Positions 1 through 10,092 of a stretch of DNA of 64,000 bases are shown here, one piece after another; the first letter of the stretch is position 1; every line of letters starts with the position of its first letter. The translations under genes and the position numbers were made by a program. The notes below the pieces were generated by a model that ran no database searches, was not told the origin of the DNA, and worked only from the letters and a program-made list of their open reading frames with translations. The DNA lies in the IMG/VR virus record IMGVR_UViG_3300032287_004484, positions 226,275 to 290,274 of that record, one strand, 5' to 3'.

Positions 1-1262
1 TTATTAGCACCTTCTAAATGAAGGTGTGGATCTTTATTGTTCATGATATCATTAATTATAATTTCTTTAAAAGGTTTATCAATAGTTGAAAAAGAATTTT
101 TATCAAAAGATAATAATTTTTGGTCCAAAACTTCTTTTTCTTGATCCTTTTTATTTTTTATAAAAATATTACTTTTAACGTTTTTTCTTATTAAAACTAA
201 ATTTTCACGACTCTTATTTAATGAATAATTAAAAGAATCTAAAACATCTTTTCTGATTTTAATTTCTATATTTTTATCACAGTGAGAACACTTTTCAGTT
301 TTAATTTTACACGACTCATTAATTTTTTCAAGTATAGAAAAAATATCTTTTTTATTTCTTTTATACTGATCTAAATTATTATTTAATTCCATTTTATTTT
401 TTTTATTAGAGGACTCGTGTTCTGAAATAAACTTATTGAGTTTAACATATTCAATAAAATTATTGATAATTTCAATGTTACTATTTTTGAGCAGTAATTC
501 TAATTCAGATTCTGTTTTAGAAATCTCTAATTGATTATTTTTTATACTGTTTCTTTTATTTATAATTAAATTTTTAATTATCCCATTTAAGGATTTAATA
601 GTAGTATTATGAGCATATTTTTCTTTTTCTAAAAAATCTCTTTCTTTACGATTAGCTGATAATTTTTCTTTAACAATCTTTCCATAATCTCTTAATTTAT
701 CTAATCGTACAATATTTTCTAAAAATACTGATCTTTGATTCCAAGGCAATTCTATAAAATTAGAATTGGTTTCTTTAGTTAGTGTAACACTATGAAGAAG
801 AGTTTCGTGATTAAGAGATATTAAGTTATTAATTTTTTCTTGTGTTAATTTAATATCAGCAAAAGATTCATCAATCCAAACACCATTATCTAATCTAAAA
901 AGGTCTAATCCATTTCCTTTAGAACTTAATTTACGATATCTTTCAATTTTCCATTCATCGTTACCTAATTTAAAATTGACTTTAACTAAAAGATTTTTCT
1001 TATTCTTTTTATTGATTAATCCATCTGCTTTAATTTTCTTATCTGGATTTTCGCCAAATATAACCCAATTAAGAGCTTTAATAATAGAACTTTTACCACA
1101 ACCATTCATTTTTTTAATGTCATCGCTAAAAACATTCATTTGAAAATCATGGTTTTCACCTCTAATTAAAAAAAGTCCACTTTCTGGAAATTTAAAAATT
1201 TGATTATCAGTAAAAGAAAAGAAGTTTTGTATTTCGAGTGTTTTAAATTCTATCTTATTCAT
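1..1262 (-). CDS. 46: gp46/SbcC/Rad50-like recombination ATPase (runs off window start)
   Basis: Hand translation from ATG at 1262: MNKIEFKTLEIQNFFSF...NGVGKSSIIKALNWVIFG (Walker A), long coiled coil, zinc-hook CSHC near nt 280-290. Absent from the ORF track because it is truncated. Confidence 0.93.
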   Translation of the reverse strand, partial: MNKIEFKTLEIQNFFSFTDNQIFKFPESGLFLIRGENHDFQMNVFSDDIKKMNGCGKSSIIKALNWVIFGENPDKKIKADGLINKKNKKNLLVKVNFKLGNDEWKIERYRKLSSKGNGLDLFRLDNGVWIDESFADIKLTQEKINNLISLNHETLLHSVTLTKETNSNFIELPWNQRSVFLENIVRLDKLRDYGKIVKEKLSANRKERDFLEKEKYAHNTTIKSLNGIIKNLIINKRNSIKNNQLEISKTESELELLLKNSNIEIINNFIEYVKLNKFISEHESSNKKNKMELNNNLDQYKRNKKDIFSILEKINESCKIKTEKCSHCDKNIEIKIRKDVLDSFNYSLNKSRENLVLIRKNVKSNIFIKNKKDQEKEVLDQKLLSFDKNSFSTIDKPFKEIIINDIMNNKDPHLHLEGAN

Positions 1263-1330
1263 TTCTATATTATTATATTAAAACATTTAATATATGTTTA
1301 TAAATATACTATAGAGGGAGAAAATAAAAT

Positions 1331-1486
1331 ATGTGGAGATTATGGTGTAAAGCATTAGGTGAAAAAGCAATTCCTAACGATAAAGAAGCTGATAAAGTTG
1401 CTTTTATCAGAACGATTTTAATTCTTCAAGCAATAATCACTAATTTTTTTATAATTTTAAATTTTTTTCTAACACATTTTAAGTGA
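1331..1486 (+). CDS. small conserved phage membrane protein (51 aa)
   Basis: MWRLWCKALGEKAIPNDKEADKVAFIRTILILQAIITNFFII...; SD GAGGGAG upstream; resembles the MWRxWAKALGEK family of T4-like phages (recalled). Confidence 0.7.
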   Translation: MWRLWCKALGEKAIPNDKEADKVAFIRTILILQAIITNFFIILNFFLTHFK

Positions 1487-2150
1487 CATTTAAAAAGTAT
1501 TTTTTAAATCCATTACATATTTTACTAACGTGTTTTTTATTATTTATCCAATTTCTTTTTAAATTTAATTCTTTATGACTATCAAAAGTATCAGATATTG
1601 AACATATAAAATCATCACGTTGTATTTGTTTTATAGATCCATCCTTTACTTCACAAGTATAAATAGGATAATAATCTTCTTCTGAATGTATCTCTTGACT
1701 TAGTAATTGTAAAGTGAAGTTTAAAAATGAAAATTCAAATGCTATTAATTTTAAATCTTCTTCAACCTCTTCAATTTTTGGCCATTTTCCAATGTTATAA
1801 TTATTACAAAAAATCTTTCCATCCCAATTACACCATCCATGTAATCCACCAACCCAAGACGAAGAAATTCTATCATTATGTAGATAACTTAATTCTAATC
1901 GTTGTATTTTATCTTCTATAATATCATAGTCTATAGGTATATGTGATATCCTATCTTCTATTGGAAATGAAGAAACATATATTTTATGTAATTCATCATA
2001 CAAGAGACTATTTTTTGATATATCATATTCTAATAAATACCAACGCTGTGTCCTTATTAAAATTTCAGATGCTTGTTCTTCTGAAATGCTTTCTCCAGTA
2101 ACTAATAGTCCTGGCCATTTTGGCCATCCTTCATTTTTTTGTTGAATCAT
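1479..2150 (-). CDS. conserved phage hypothetical protein
   Basis: 223-aa ORF with SSWVGGLHGWC and NIGKWP motifs; function unknown. Confidence 0.75.
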   Translation of the reverse strand: MIQQKNEGWPKWPGLLVTGESISEEQASEILIRTQRWYLLEYDISKNSLLYDELHKIYVSSFPIEDRISHIPIDYDIIEDKIQRLELSYLHNDRISSSWVGGLHGWCNWDGKIFCNNYNIGKWPKIEEVEEDLKLIAFEFSFLNFTLQLLSQEIHSEEDYYPIYTCEVKDGSIKQIQRDDFICSISDTFDSHKELNLKRNWINNKKHVSKICNGFKKYFLNVT

Positions 2151-2394
2151 ATTTTTTTTCTTTTATTTTTTGAGAAATTTTTTTAAGAAATTTAAACCAT
2201 CTAAAAAAAAGATAACCAATAAGAAAAAATGGATAAAATAGTATAAAAAGCGGTATTTCATCTTCATGATATATTATGTTATATTTATTATCGTTTATAT
2301 TTTCATAAATATAAATTAAAGATGCAAATAAAAAACCAATAATTAGATATATGCCTAATCCTAATAAAAAACTTATTAAACTTTCTGAATTCAT
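2131..2394 (-). CDS. small membrane protein
   Basis: Probable start MNSESL at 2394 (TAATG overlap); two hydrophobic segments. Confidence 0.6.
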   Translation of the reverse strand: MNSESLISFLLGLGIYLIIGFLFASLIYIYENINDNKYNIIYHEDEIPLFILFYPFFLIGYLFFRWFKFLKKISQKIKEKKYDSTKK

Positions 2395-2846
2395 TAAAAA
2401 ATTCTCCCTATTAATTTGATAAAGATTATTCCTGAACTTGTTCCAATACCAGCACCTAAACAATAAGAAATTCTTTCTCCCCAAGATGCTATTGTAATTC
2501 TTCTAATATTAAAAGTCCAAACTAAAGATAATAAAAAGCCACATACTCCAGCTTGAATCACCATTTCTTTAGAAATAAGAATTGTATTTACAGAAACAAA
2601 AAATATTTGTAATAATGATGATAAAAAAATACTAACTAAATGTTGTTTGTTTTTAATAAATCTAAATAATGCTATTAAAAAAAATAAAGGGTAAAGAAAA
2701 ACAATAATAAAAAAAAACATTACTTCAACAAATTTAAATTCATTTACTAAAGAATCATATTGTTGATTTTCTTTAGGTTTAAATATTAACCAAATGAAAT
2801 AAAATATTGCTCCTAGTGTAATGTAATAAATAAGGTATTCTTTCAT
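2394..2846 (-). CDS. multi-pass membrane protein
   Basis: 150 aa with 4-5 hydrophobic segments. Confidence 0.65.
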   Translation of the reverse strand: MKEYLIYYITLGAIFYFIWLIFKPKENQQYDSLVNEFKFVEVMFFFIIVFLYPLFFLIALFRFIKNKQHLVSIFLSSLLQIFFVSVNTILISKEMVIQAGVCGFLLSLVWTFNIRRITIASWGERISYCLGAGIGTSSGIIFIKLIGRIF

Positions 2847-3856
2847 AATTCTAAATATCCTAATAGTTCTTTTTTATCAATTTCAAAATTATTATCATTA
2901 ACATATGATTTTAATATATCTTCTGGATTAGAAGAAACTATTGTTTCCCAATCTTTTGCAACAGCTATTTTTTGATTACTTTTTGAAAGATCCCATTCAA
3001 AAAATACATCAAAATTATTTTTTAATAATTTCTCTCTATATTGTATTAATAATGAACTGTCTAGATTTTTTCTTATTATCAATTTTATAAAACTATTACT
3101 TAGTGAATTAATATATGTCATGTTAGAGTTTTTTAGTTCGACTGATATAAATTTAGGTGAATTAAGATTAGGTACAAATTCAATCTCATCTTTATCAGTA
3201 TTATAAAAAGTCCATCCATGATCTCCTTCGTCGCCAAAATGAGATTCATAAGGTGATGAAACATAAGTCATAGATCCTTTATTTTGAAAACTATGATAGT
3301 GTCCACTAAATACTTTATAAAAATCGTTCCCAAGACAATTAATATCTAACTCAGAATAAACATCTTCATGGCCATTATCTAAATTAAAGCCTTTTAAACC
3401 TAAATGAGTACAAAGAATATTCTTTTTATCTTTATCATAATTTACTTCCTTTAATTTATTAATAATTACTTCATCATTAAAGTAGGGTAAAAAATGAAAT
3501 CTAAAATCACTAGAATCAAAAAACCCGTAATCGTCAAAAAAATTACAGGAACTACTAAATATCGAAAGTCCATTAATCTTTGCATCTCCTTTGGAAAGTA
3601 TATCATGATTACCTGGAATCATATAAGTTGGAAACTTATTCATGATTTTTCTTAAAGAAAGAAGCGCTTCGTGTTGTGCCTCTATAGCAACGATATCTTT
3701 TAAATGAAATACATCACCTAAAATAAAAACATAATCAACTTTTCTTTCTATACAAATATCATAAAAATCATCTATAGATTTTATAATATGTTTTAAAAAA
3801 TTATTATTTTTTTTGTAAATCTTAATATGAAGATCACTAATAAATCCAATTACCAT
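2843..3856 (-). CDS. 47: gp47/SbcD/Mre11-like metallophosphoesterase nuclease
   Basis: Motifs SDLH, GDVFH, GNHD, HLG, GHYH; upstream of the gp46-like gene on the same strand. Confidence 0.93.
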   Translation of the reverse strand: MVIGFISDLHIKIYKKNNNFLKHIIKSIDDFYDICIERKVDYVFILGDVFHLKDIVAIEAQHEALLSLRKIMNKFPTYMIPGNHDILSKGDAKINGLSIFSSSCNFFDDYGFFDSSDFRFHFLPYFNDEVIINKLKEVNYDKDKKNILCTHLGLKGFNLDNGHEDVYSELDINCLGNDFYKVFSGHYHSFQNKGSMTYVSSPYESHFGDEGDHGWTFYNTDKDEIEFVPNLNSPKFISVELKNSNMTYINSLSNSFIKLIIRKNLDSSLLIQYREKLLKNNFDVFFEWDLSKSNQKIAVAKDWETIVSSNPEDILKSYVNDNNFEIDKKELLGYLEL

Positions 3857-3914
3857 ATATAAATTATATAATATGAATTTATTAATGTTTAAAAATTAAT
3901 TAATTTCAGTGTTA

Positions 3915-5033
3915 TTACTTATTTATTTTATTTATATAAACTTCATTTTTACCACTGCTCTTAATAAATGGAGCAACATATCTTAGGATTATTCTTTGTA
4001 CTGACTCAAATTTATTTATTTTATCATCATATTTAGGATACATTTTAGAAAGGTCTAATTGATTTTTTCTAGAAAATCCTGGTAAATTTTGCTGATCAGA
4101 ATACTTATAAAAGAAATCTTTTGAATTTTCATAAGCATCTTCGATTAATTCATCAATCATCCCTGGAAAATCAACATCTTTATTATCTGGAAAATTCTTC
4201 TTTGGAAATAATTTTAAAAAAGTATCGTATCCTTTAAAAGTATCTCTAAATTGTTTCCAAGTTATATCAGGATCTTTTTTTGTCCAATCATCTTTTTTTA
4301 ATCCATAAATAGATTTTTTTATATTATTTAAAATAACAGTTATATTTTTTTTATCACTATAACTTTTTGGTGTAGAAATAAAATTAGTTTGTATTGCTTG
4401 TAATTCTTTAAACATTTCAATTGGATCATATCCATAAGAATAATCAAAATCACCAAAAGTATCTTCATTGTCAAATTTATTAACTGAATTAATTTCAGAC
4501 ATAGCATGAAAAATATAATCGTGAAATAAACTATTAAATAAACCTTCTACGTTTTTATATGAATTTTGATATGTACTATATTTTTCAATAGTAAATTTTT
4601 CACTAATTTCAAAAGATAATTTTTCAAAACTCATTTTTTTTAAAATATCATTATCTTTAATAAAAGCAACAATTTTATTTTTTATTTCATCCCTAAATGA
4701 ATAATTTGGTTTTTTTAAAATATCATCTAAATTTATATTTAAATCTGATTTTAAAAAATGTTCAAATATAATTTGTAATTTTTGATATATTTTATACATT
4801 TCTTCATCTTTAGAAAAAACAAAAGCTTGCAATTGTAGATCATATATATTTTGATCAGAAATATTATTTTTTTTAAAAAACTCTTTAGCAATAGAAGTTA
4901 CATATTTAATTATACAAAAAAGATCAATATAATCAAATAAATTTTGTTTAATATCTAATTGTAAATCAAAATCATATAATTCTTTTATTTTTTCATCTAT
5001 TACTGCTTCAAAATAATTTATTAGTTTCATCAT
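3915..5033 (-). CDS. putative internal head (ejected) protein, paralog of 60584..62116
   Basis: N-terminus MKLINYFEAVIDE; ATCATAAAAATA at 5047-5058; shares HDxxxH, GYxP..ELxAxQ and TWKxFRxxF segments with 60584..62116. Confidence 0.55.
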   Translation of the reverse strand: MMKLINYFEAVIDEKIKELYDFDLQLDIKQNLFDYIDLFCIIKYVTSIAKEFFKKNNISDQNIYDLQLQAFVFSKDEEMYKIYQKLQIIFEHFLKSDLNINLDDILKKPNYSFRDEIKNKIVAFIKDNDILKKMSFEKLSFEISEKFTIEKYSTYQNSYKNVEGLFNSLFHDYIFHAMSEINSVNKFDNEDTFGDFDYSYGYDPIEMFKELQAIQTNFISTPKSYSDKKNITVILNNIKKSIYGLKKDDWTKKDPDITWKQFRDTFKGYDTFLKLFPKKNFPDNKDVDFPGMIDELIEDAYENSKDFFYKYSDQQNLPGFSRKNQLDLSKMYPKYDDKINKFESVQRIILRYVAPFIKSSGKNEVYINKINK

Positions 5034-5179
5034 TATATCCTAATAATATTTTTATGATCTTTTTTTATTACTATTTAAAAAAATCATAAACATTGTATAA
5101 ACATCTTGTATAAAATTACACTGAAGGTGAAGAAGAAAATTAGTACTGATTAGTTATATAAACCAAAAAATAAATTGAT

Positions 5180-5581
5180 ATGGAAAAAAAAGAAAAACAA
5201 AAAAAATTAAATATCTTAATCTTAAGTTTTTATAAAATTTTAAAACTTTCTTCTGATGATCAATTATTTTTACCATTAGAAGATGTTAAAGAAATTAATG
5301 ATGAAATGCGTGATAATTTAATGATGAAATTTTTAAATAATTATAACATAAATAAAAATTATTTATCAGATGATTTTTTTAAATATTTTATGAATAAAAA
5401 TTTATTAGATAATATTGATGATATGAATTATTTAGATTTTAATATTAAGGATAAAAGAATAGAAAAACTTTATAATAATTTTATACAGGATTTTAGTTTT
5501 TTTAAATATAAAAATAATGTTAAAGTATCAAATGATAAAAAGTTTTTAGCAGAATTAGAAAGAATAAGAAATTTACCTTAG
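5180..5581 (+). CDS. hypothetical protein
   Basis: 133-aa ORF, no recognised motif. Confidence 0.6.
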   Translation: MEKKEKQKKLNILILSFYKILKLSSDDQLFLPLEDVKEINDEMRDNLMMKFLNNYNINKNYLSDDFFKYFMNKNLLDNIDDMNYLDFNIKDKRIEKLYNNFIQDFSFFKYKNNVKVSNDKKFLAELERIRNLP

Positions 5582-5617
5582 AATAGACACTTTTTTATTT
5601 TTCTAATACAATAAAAA

Positions 5618-6412
5618 GTGGAAAAAATAAAATTCTCTAAGTCTAGGTATGGTTCTCAAAAAAATTGTTTAGGACAGTACTTTTATCAATATATTGAAAA
5701 GAGGTCTGTCCCTACTATTTTATGGCCAGGAACTTTAATAGGAACAGCTACTCACTTATTTATTGAGGAAAATTTAAATTCAATAGTTAAAGAAAAAGAT
5801 ATTAAAAAATTACCATTATTTGAAGAAACATTTTTTAAATGTAAAAAACAAGAAACATCTAATATCAAAGTTACTTACAGAACTCCAAAAAACTTTAATG
5901 AAAAAGAAGTTTTATCTAATAACAATAATTGGATAAAAGATATAATTAGATTTCTATTTTTATATTTACCTCCTGGTACAAAGATATTTGAAGAGGAAGT
6001 TGAGCAAGATATAGTAATAGATGATTTAATAATAAATGTTAAAGGTATTATTGATCTTCAAGTTAAAGATGAAGATAAATTATGGGTTTTTGATTTTAAA
6101 ACAACTAAAAATCCAAATTCTTGGATGTTTGTAAATTGGGAAAAAGACGCTCAAAGTCTTTCTTATTTGTGGTTAAAAAGAGAACAAAACCCATTAGGAT
6201 TTAATTATCTGATTTTTGATGCAGAAAATAAAATGATTTTTTCTAATAATATTGGATTTCAAGAAAATAGTAATGTAGAAAATAACTTAACTAATTTATT
6301 AAAAGATTTTATTAAAAATCATAAAGAATCTTTTGATAATAAAAATTGGAATCCAAGTCCAGATAATTGTAAATGGTGTCCATTTAAAGTTTTATGCCCA
6401 AGAAAACTTTAA
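5618..6412 (+). CDS. PD-(D/E)XK nuclease, RecB/Cas4-like
   Basis: GTATH, GIIDL...VFDFKTT, N-terminal Cys and C-terminal CKWCPFKVLC (Fe-S staple pattern). Confidence 0.85.
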   Translation: MEKIKFSKSRYGSQKNCLGQYFYQYIEKRSVPTILWPGTLIGTATHLFIEENLNSIVKEKDIKKLPLFEETFFKCKKQETSNIKVTYRTPKNFNEKEVLSNNNNWIKDIIRFLFLYLPPGTKIFEEEVEQDIVIDDLIINVKGIIDLQVKDEDKLWVFDFKTTKNPNSWMFVNWEKDAQSLSYLWLKREQNPLGFNYLIFDAENKMIFSNNIGFQENSNVENNLTNLLKDFIKNHKESFDNKNWNPSPDNCKWCPFKVLCPRKL

Positions 6413-6993
6413 AATCCTTCAATATCAAGTATTTGATATTTTTTATTTTTTTTAATTCGTTCTATTTCTGTTTTTAAATCATCAACAAAAATTATTTCAT
6501 ATCCTTGACTTTCCATAAATTTTATAGGATCATTTATTATTTCTTGACTTTTCCATTCAATTTTTTCTTTATCGTTTTTAAAATAAAAAAATTGATTAGA
6601 TTGTGTTAATTCTATAAATTTTTCTTTATCAAATTTAGTTAAATATGTTTCATGATTATTAATTTTTTTTTCATCTTCTTTATTAAAAACAATATAATCT
6701 TTTGTTTTTAAACGATATTTTAAAAATTGTAATCCCCTAGGTGCAGCATAAGGCGCTACCATTTTTTTTGTACCGACGAATAGACCTGTCGCCTTAGAAT
6801 AATCTTTTTCTGATTTTGATTTTGCTGAAATTGCATAAGAGTTAGTCCAATTACTATTATGGTAATATGTTTTCATTTTTTTATTAAAATCTATTATTCT
6901 TTTATCGTCTAATCTATAAACATATTTATTATCTTCATTCGATTCATTTATACATATTAAATCTTTTAATTCTTTTAAAAATTTCAAAATCAA
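6409..6993 (-). CDS. putative internal head protein, tandem paralog 1
   Basis: N-terminus LKFLKELKDLICINES; clearly similar to 7045..7614 (KYVYR, GLFxG, APYAxPRG). Confidence 0.65.
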   Translation of the reverse strand: MILKFLKELKDLICINESNEDNKYVYRLDDKRIIDFNKKMKTYYHNSNWTNSYAISAKSKSEKDYSKATGLFVGTKKMVAPYAAPRGLQFLKYRLKTKDYIVFNKEDEKKINNHETYLTKFDKEKFIELTQSNQFFYFKNDKEKIEWKSQEIINDPIKFMESQGYEIIFVDDLKTEIERIKKNKKYQILDIEGF

Positions 6994-7044
6994 TTACCTA
7001 TATTCTTTATTTTTATTAATAAATAAAAATCATATTTACAAAAA

Positions 7045-7614
7045 TTAAGGTTCCTCTTCCTCAACATTAATTCCACTTTCTTCAAGTCTATCTTTTTCAG
7101 TTTTTAAATCATCAACAAATTTAATTATATAACCTTGATTTTTCATAAATTCTATTGGATTAATTATTTTTTTTTGTTTCTCAAATTCTATTTTATTATT
7201 ATTTTTGTATGCAAAATATTCATTAGAAGTTTCTAATTTTTGAAAATTTTTTTTATTGAAAGCAGTTAAAAATGGTTGATGTGATTCAATCTTAGATTTA
7301 TCTTTTTTTCTAAAGATAATATAGTCTTTTTTATTATGATTATATTTAAGAAATGGAGTGCCTCTTGGAGAAGCATAAGGAGCAATGTCAAATAAATTTC
7401 CAGAAAATAAACCAGTGGATGTTTTAAAACCTTCTTTTGGTTTTGTATTATCTTGAAGAATTCCTGATTCTGTCCAATCATCTGTATGTTGATACGTATT
7501 TAAATTTAAATTGAAATTTTCTATTTTTTTATCATCAAATCTATAAACATATTTATTATCTTTATTTGATTCATTTATATATATTAAATCTTTTAATTTT
7601 TTTAAAAATTTCAA
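7045..7614 (-). CDS. putative internal head protein, tandem paralog 2
   Basis: N-terminus MKFLKKLKDLIYINES; paralog of 6409..6993. Confidence 0.65.
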   Translation of the reverse strand: MKFLKKLKDLIYINESNKDNKYVYRFDDKKIENFNLNLNTYQHTDDWTESGILQDNTKPKEGFKTSTGLFSGNLFDIAPYASPRGTPFLKYNHNKKDYIIFRKKDKSKIESHQPFLTAFNKKNFQKLETSNEYFAYKNNNKIEFEKQKKIINPIEFMKNQGYIIKFVDDLKTEKDRLEESGINVEEEEP

Positions 7615-7742
7615 AATTAATCCCTTATGTTAATATAATATTTTTACGGGTTTATTATAAAAAATACTTAAAAATAAACATCTTATTATAGAATAATATT
7701 AATTGAAAAAATTAATCAAGCTAAAAATTAAATATTAGTACA

Positions 7743-7824
7743 GGATCTATGGTGAAATTGGTAGACACAAGAGACTTAAAATCTCTCGCATAAAAGCGTG
7801 CAAGTTCGATTCTTGCTAGATCCA
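7743..7824 (+). tRNA. tRNA-Leu(TAA), CCA not encoded
   Basis: Acceptor GGATCTA/TAGATCC, D-loop TGGTAGAC, anticodon arm AGAGA-CT TAA AA-TCTCT, long variable arm, T-loop GTTCGAT. Confidence 0.95.
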
Positions 7825-7839
7825 TTATAAGGAGAAAAC

Positions 7840-8361
7840 ATGAGTCTTATAAAGTATGCTGAAGAAGAGATTAAGGCGGCTGGATTAAACGATCCAGACA
7901 GTGATTATAATGGCGATATTGGAAAAGCAGTATTAGAGTTAATACAAGTTTTTTCTAATCAAGGGCACTCTGGAATGAGTGCTTCTATTGTGAGAAATGT
8001 ATTTAATAAACTTGTAAAATACGAACCTTTGATTCCAATTACAGGTAATACAGAAGAGTGGATGGAAGTATCAGAAGGATTATTTCAAAATAAAAGACTA
8101 GGTGGTCTTTTTAAAGAAAATGGTAGAGTTTATTATTTAGATGCTATAATTTTTGTAGATGAGAATGGTAGTAGATTTTCTGGTATCTCTTATACTAAGA
8201 AAAAGAAAAAACAAATTACAAGTCGTCAGTTAGTTAAGACTTTTCCATTTATACCACAAACTTTTGAAATAGAAGTTTTTGATAAGAATGATGAGCGTTA
8301 TATAAAAAATAAAAAAGAACTAAAAAAAGTTTTTAAATACTATAACTACTATGAAACCTGA
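7840..8361 (+). CDS. conserved phage hypothetical protein
   Basis: MSLIKYAEEE...FSNQGHSGMSA motif; AGGAG SD. Confidence 0.75.
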   Translation: MSLIKYAEEEIKAAGLNDPDSDYNGDIGKAVLELIQVFSNQGHSGMSASIVRNVFNKLVKYEPLIPITGNTEEWMEVSEGLFQNKRLGGLFKENGRVYYLDAIIFVDENGSRFSGISYTKKKKKQITSRQLVKTFPFIPQTFEIEVFDKNDERYIKNKKELKKVFKYYNYYET

Positions 8362-8575
8362 TTATCAAAGATTATTTCTTACTGAGTTTGTTGCTCTAAT
8401 ACAACAGAAATATAAAATTGAATTTACTAAATTTTTCTATGAGGGAAAAAGAGAATATACGATTATGAAGCCTGAGTTTTTAATTCAAACTTACTCTGAC
8501 CAAGAGGCAGAGAAATATAATTGCGTTTTTGTTATCAACTTTTTCTATTTTAAAATTATTAGAAAACTCTATTAA
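8351..8575 (+). CDS. hypothetical protein
   Basis: 74-aa ORF overlapping neighbours in operon fashion. Confidence 0.5.
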   Translation: MKPDYQRLFLTEFVALIQQKYKIEFTKFFYEGKREYTIMKPEFLIQTYSDQEAEKYNCVFVINFFYFKIIRKLY

Positions 8576-8775
8576 TGAAAGTTTTAAAACTAAATGAATT
8601 AGACGATTCTTATTCTTTAGTAAAAGAAATATGTGATTATTGTAATGATGATATATTAACTGACAATATAAAAATTAATCATGTATTTACTCATAAGTCT
8701 ATTATTTCTCCAGGACAAAAAATAGAATTAGATATTTGTGAAAACTGCTTTCTCCAAAAATTTTTAAATTTCTAA
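8575..8775 (+). CDS. small protein with two CxxC motifs
   Basis: CDYC and CENC suggest a zinc ribbon. Confidence 0.55.
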   Translation: MKVLKLNELDDSYSLVKEICDYCNDDILTDNIKINHVFTHKSIISPGQKIELDICENCFLQKFLNF

Positions 8776-8816
8776 AAAATAGACACTTAAAAAACTATTT
8801 AATATAATAAATAAAA

Positions 8817-8890
8817 TGGCAAGTAGCTCAGTAGGTAGTAGCAAAGCACTGTTAATGCTTGGGTCGTAGGTTCGAATCCTACCTTGCCAG
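8817..8890 (+). tRNA. tRNA-Asn(GTT), CCA not encoded
   Basis: Acceptor TGGCAAG/CTTGCCA, anticodon arm AAGCA-CT GTT AA-TGCTT, T-arm GTAGG-TTCGAAT-CCTAC. Confidence 0.95.
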
Positions 8891-8954
8891 ATATTTAAAA
8901 AAAAATAAAACATATTAGAGATAAAAAAAACTTAAGTAATTATTTTATAAAAGC

Positions 8955-9158
8955 ATGAATAATTATACTTATAAAATTGAATATAATCGTTATAATTTAG
9001 GTGATTTTTTAGTAGAATTTATAGATGGTAAAAAAAATAATGTTTGGATATTAGAAGATTTATTTAATTCAAGTGAAGTACTTGGTACAAAGCGTTATGA
9101 TGCAACTTTAAGAGCAAAGGAATATATAAGAAAAAATCATCCTGAATTATTACTATGA
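8955..9158 (+). CDS. small accessory protein with C-terminal tag (HPELLL)
   Basis: 67 aa; similar in size and ending to 60015..60215. Confidence 0.7.
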   Translation: MNNYTYKIEYNRYNLGDFLVEFIDGKKNNVWILEDLFNSSEVLGTKRYDATLRAKEYIRKNHPELLL

Positions 9159-9360
9159 AATATATATATAAAATTGAAAGTGATGCTATTATTGAAATTG
9201 GGGAGATACAAATTCGTTGGCTTTTTAAAGAATTACAAAACAAATCATCATTAATAAAATTTAGAAAATTTTATTCTATTACAACAATAGAATCTTTTAA
9301 TAGAACACAGGATTTTTTTTAAATCATGTTATTAAAAATAATCCAGAATTAATCATATAA
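9155..9360 (+). pseudogene. disrupted small accessory gene ending NNPELII
   Basis: ATG overlaps the preceding stop; frame stops at TAA 9320-9322 just after a T8 run, while a family-type NNPELII* end follows at 9340-9360. Confidence 0.5.
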
Positions 9361-9404
9361 TATTTTTTATATACTGATTACTTTTTAGGTTTAATCGTTA
9401 GTTT
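9361..9404 (+). repeat. 44-bp direct repeat copy 1 (contains promoter motif)
   Basis: tattttttatatactgattactttttaggtttaatcgttagttt; one mismatch to 10150-10193. Confidence 0.9.
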
Positions 9405-9453
9405 GTATTTATTATATTATTAACTAAAATAGTAACAAATAAAGGAGACAACT

Positions 9454-10092
9454 ATGAATAAATTACAAATACTTACAATTAAAGATTTAAATAAACAAGA
9501 TCTAAAGAATAAAGATTTTGATCTTTTAGATATTAAAAAATCCATTAATTATGCAGCAGCTAGAAAAATAAGAATTAAAGAATTAGAACAAGAGGTTATT
9601 AAAGATGCAGACTTAGCGTTAAAATATGCTAGTTCAGTTATACGTGGAGAATGGTTAGAGGGCGAAGATATTATTAGTTCAAACATTAATGCTTCAACAC
9701 GTTACGCTAAACTTGTAATAAGTAAAAGATTTACAAAAGCTGAACCTTTAATTTTACAAGAATGTTATCCTACGTTATATTATGTAAGAACGATAATAAA
9801 ACAAAGATTTCCAGAAGGTGAACAAATAATAGCATCTAAACCAGATAGTGCTTATATATATGCTAAAGAATATATTTTTAGCAGATGGCCAGAAGCAGAA
9901 AAAACTATTAGTACAAATGCAGAGTATTCCTTTCTTTATGCTGAGTTTATTAATGATAAATTTCCAATGGCTCATAAGACAATTTTTACATCTTCTAATT
10001 CTGAATGGAGAAATAAATATCTTAATCTTCTTGAAAAGCTACGAATTAATACTCAAGAAATTAAAGATGAATATATTGAATTTTTATTATGA
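9454..10092 (+). CDS. alpha-solenoid repeat protein (about 24-aa YA..VI.GRW.EGE..I repeat), tagged
   Basis: About six internal repeats; ends YIEFLL. Confidence 0.75.
   Translation: MNKLQILTIKDLNKQDLKNKDFDLLDIKKSINYAAARKIRIKELEQEVIKDADLALKYASSVIRGEWLEGEDIISSNINASTRYAKLVISKRFTKAEPLILQECYPTLYYVRTIIKQRFPEGEQIIASKPDSAYIYAKEYIFSRWPEAEKTISTNAEYSFLYAEFINDKFPMAHKTIFTSSNSEWRNKYLNLLEKLRINTQEIKDEYIEFLL

Noticed and set aside
5618-6412. Cas4-like nuclease as a sign of a CRISPR-Cas locus
   Set aside because: No other cas genes or array; standalone PD-(D/E)XK nucleases are common in phages.
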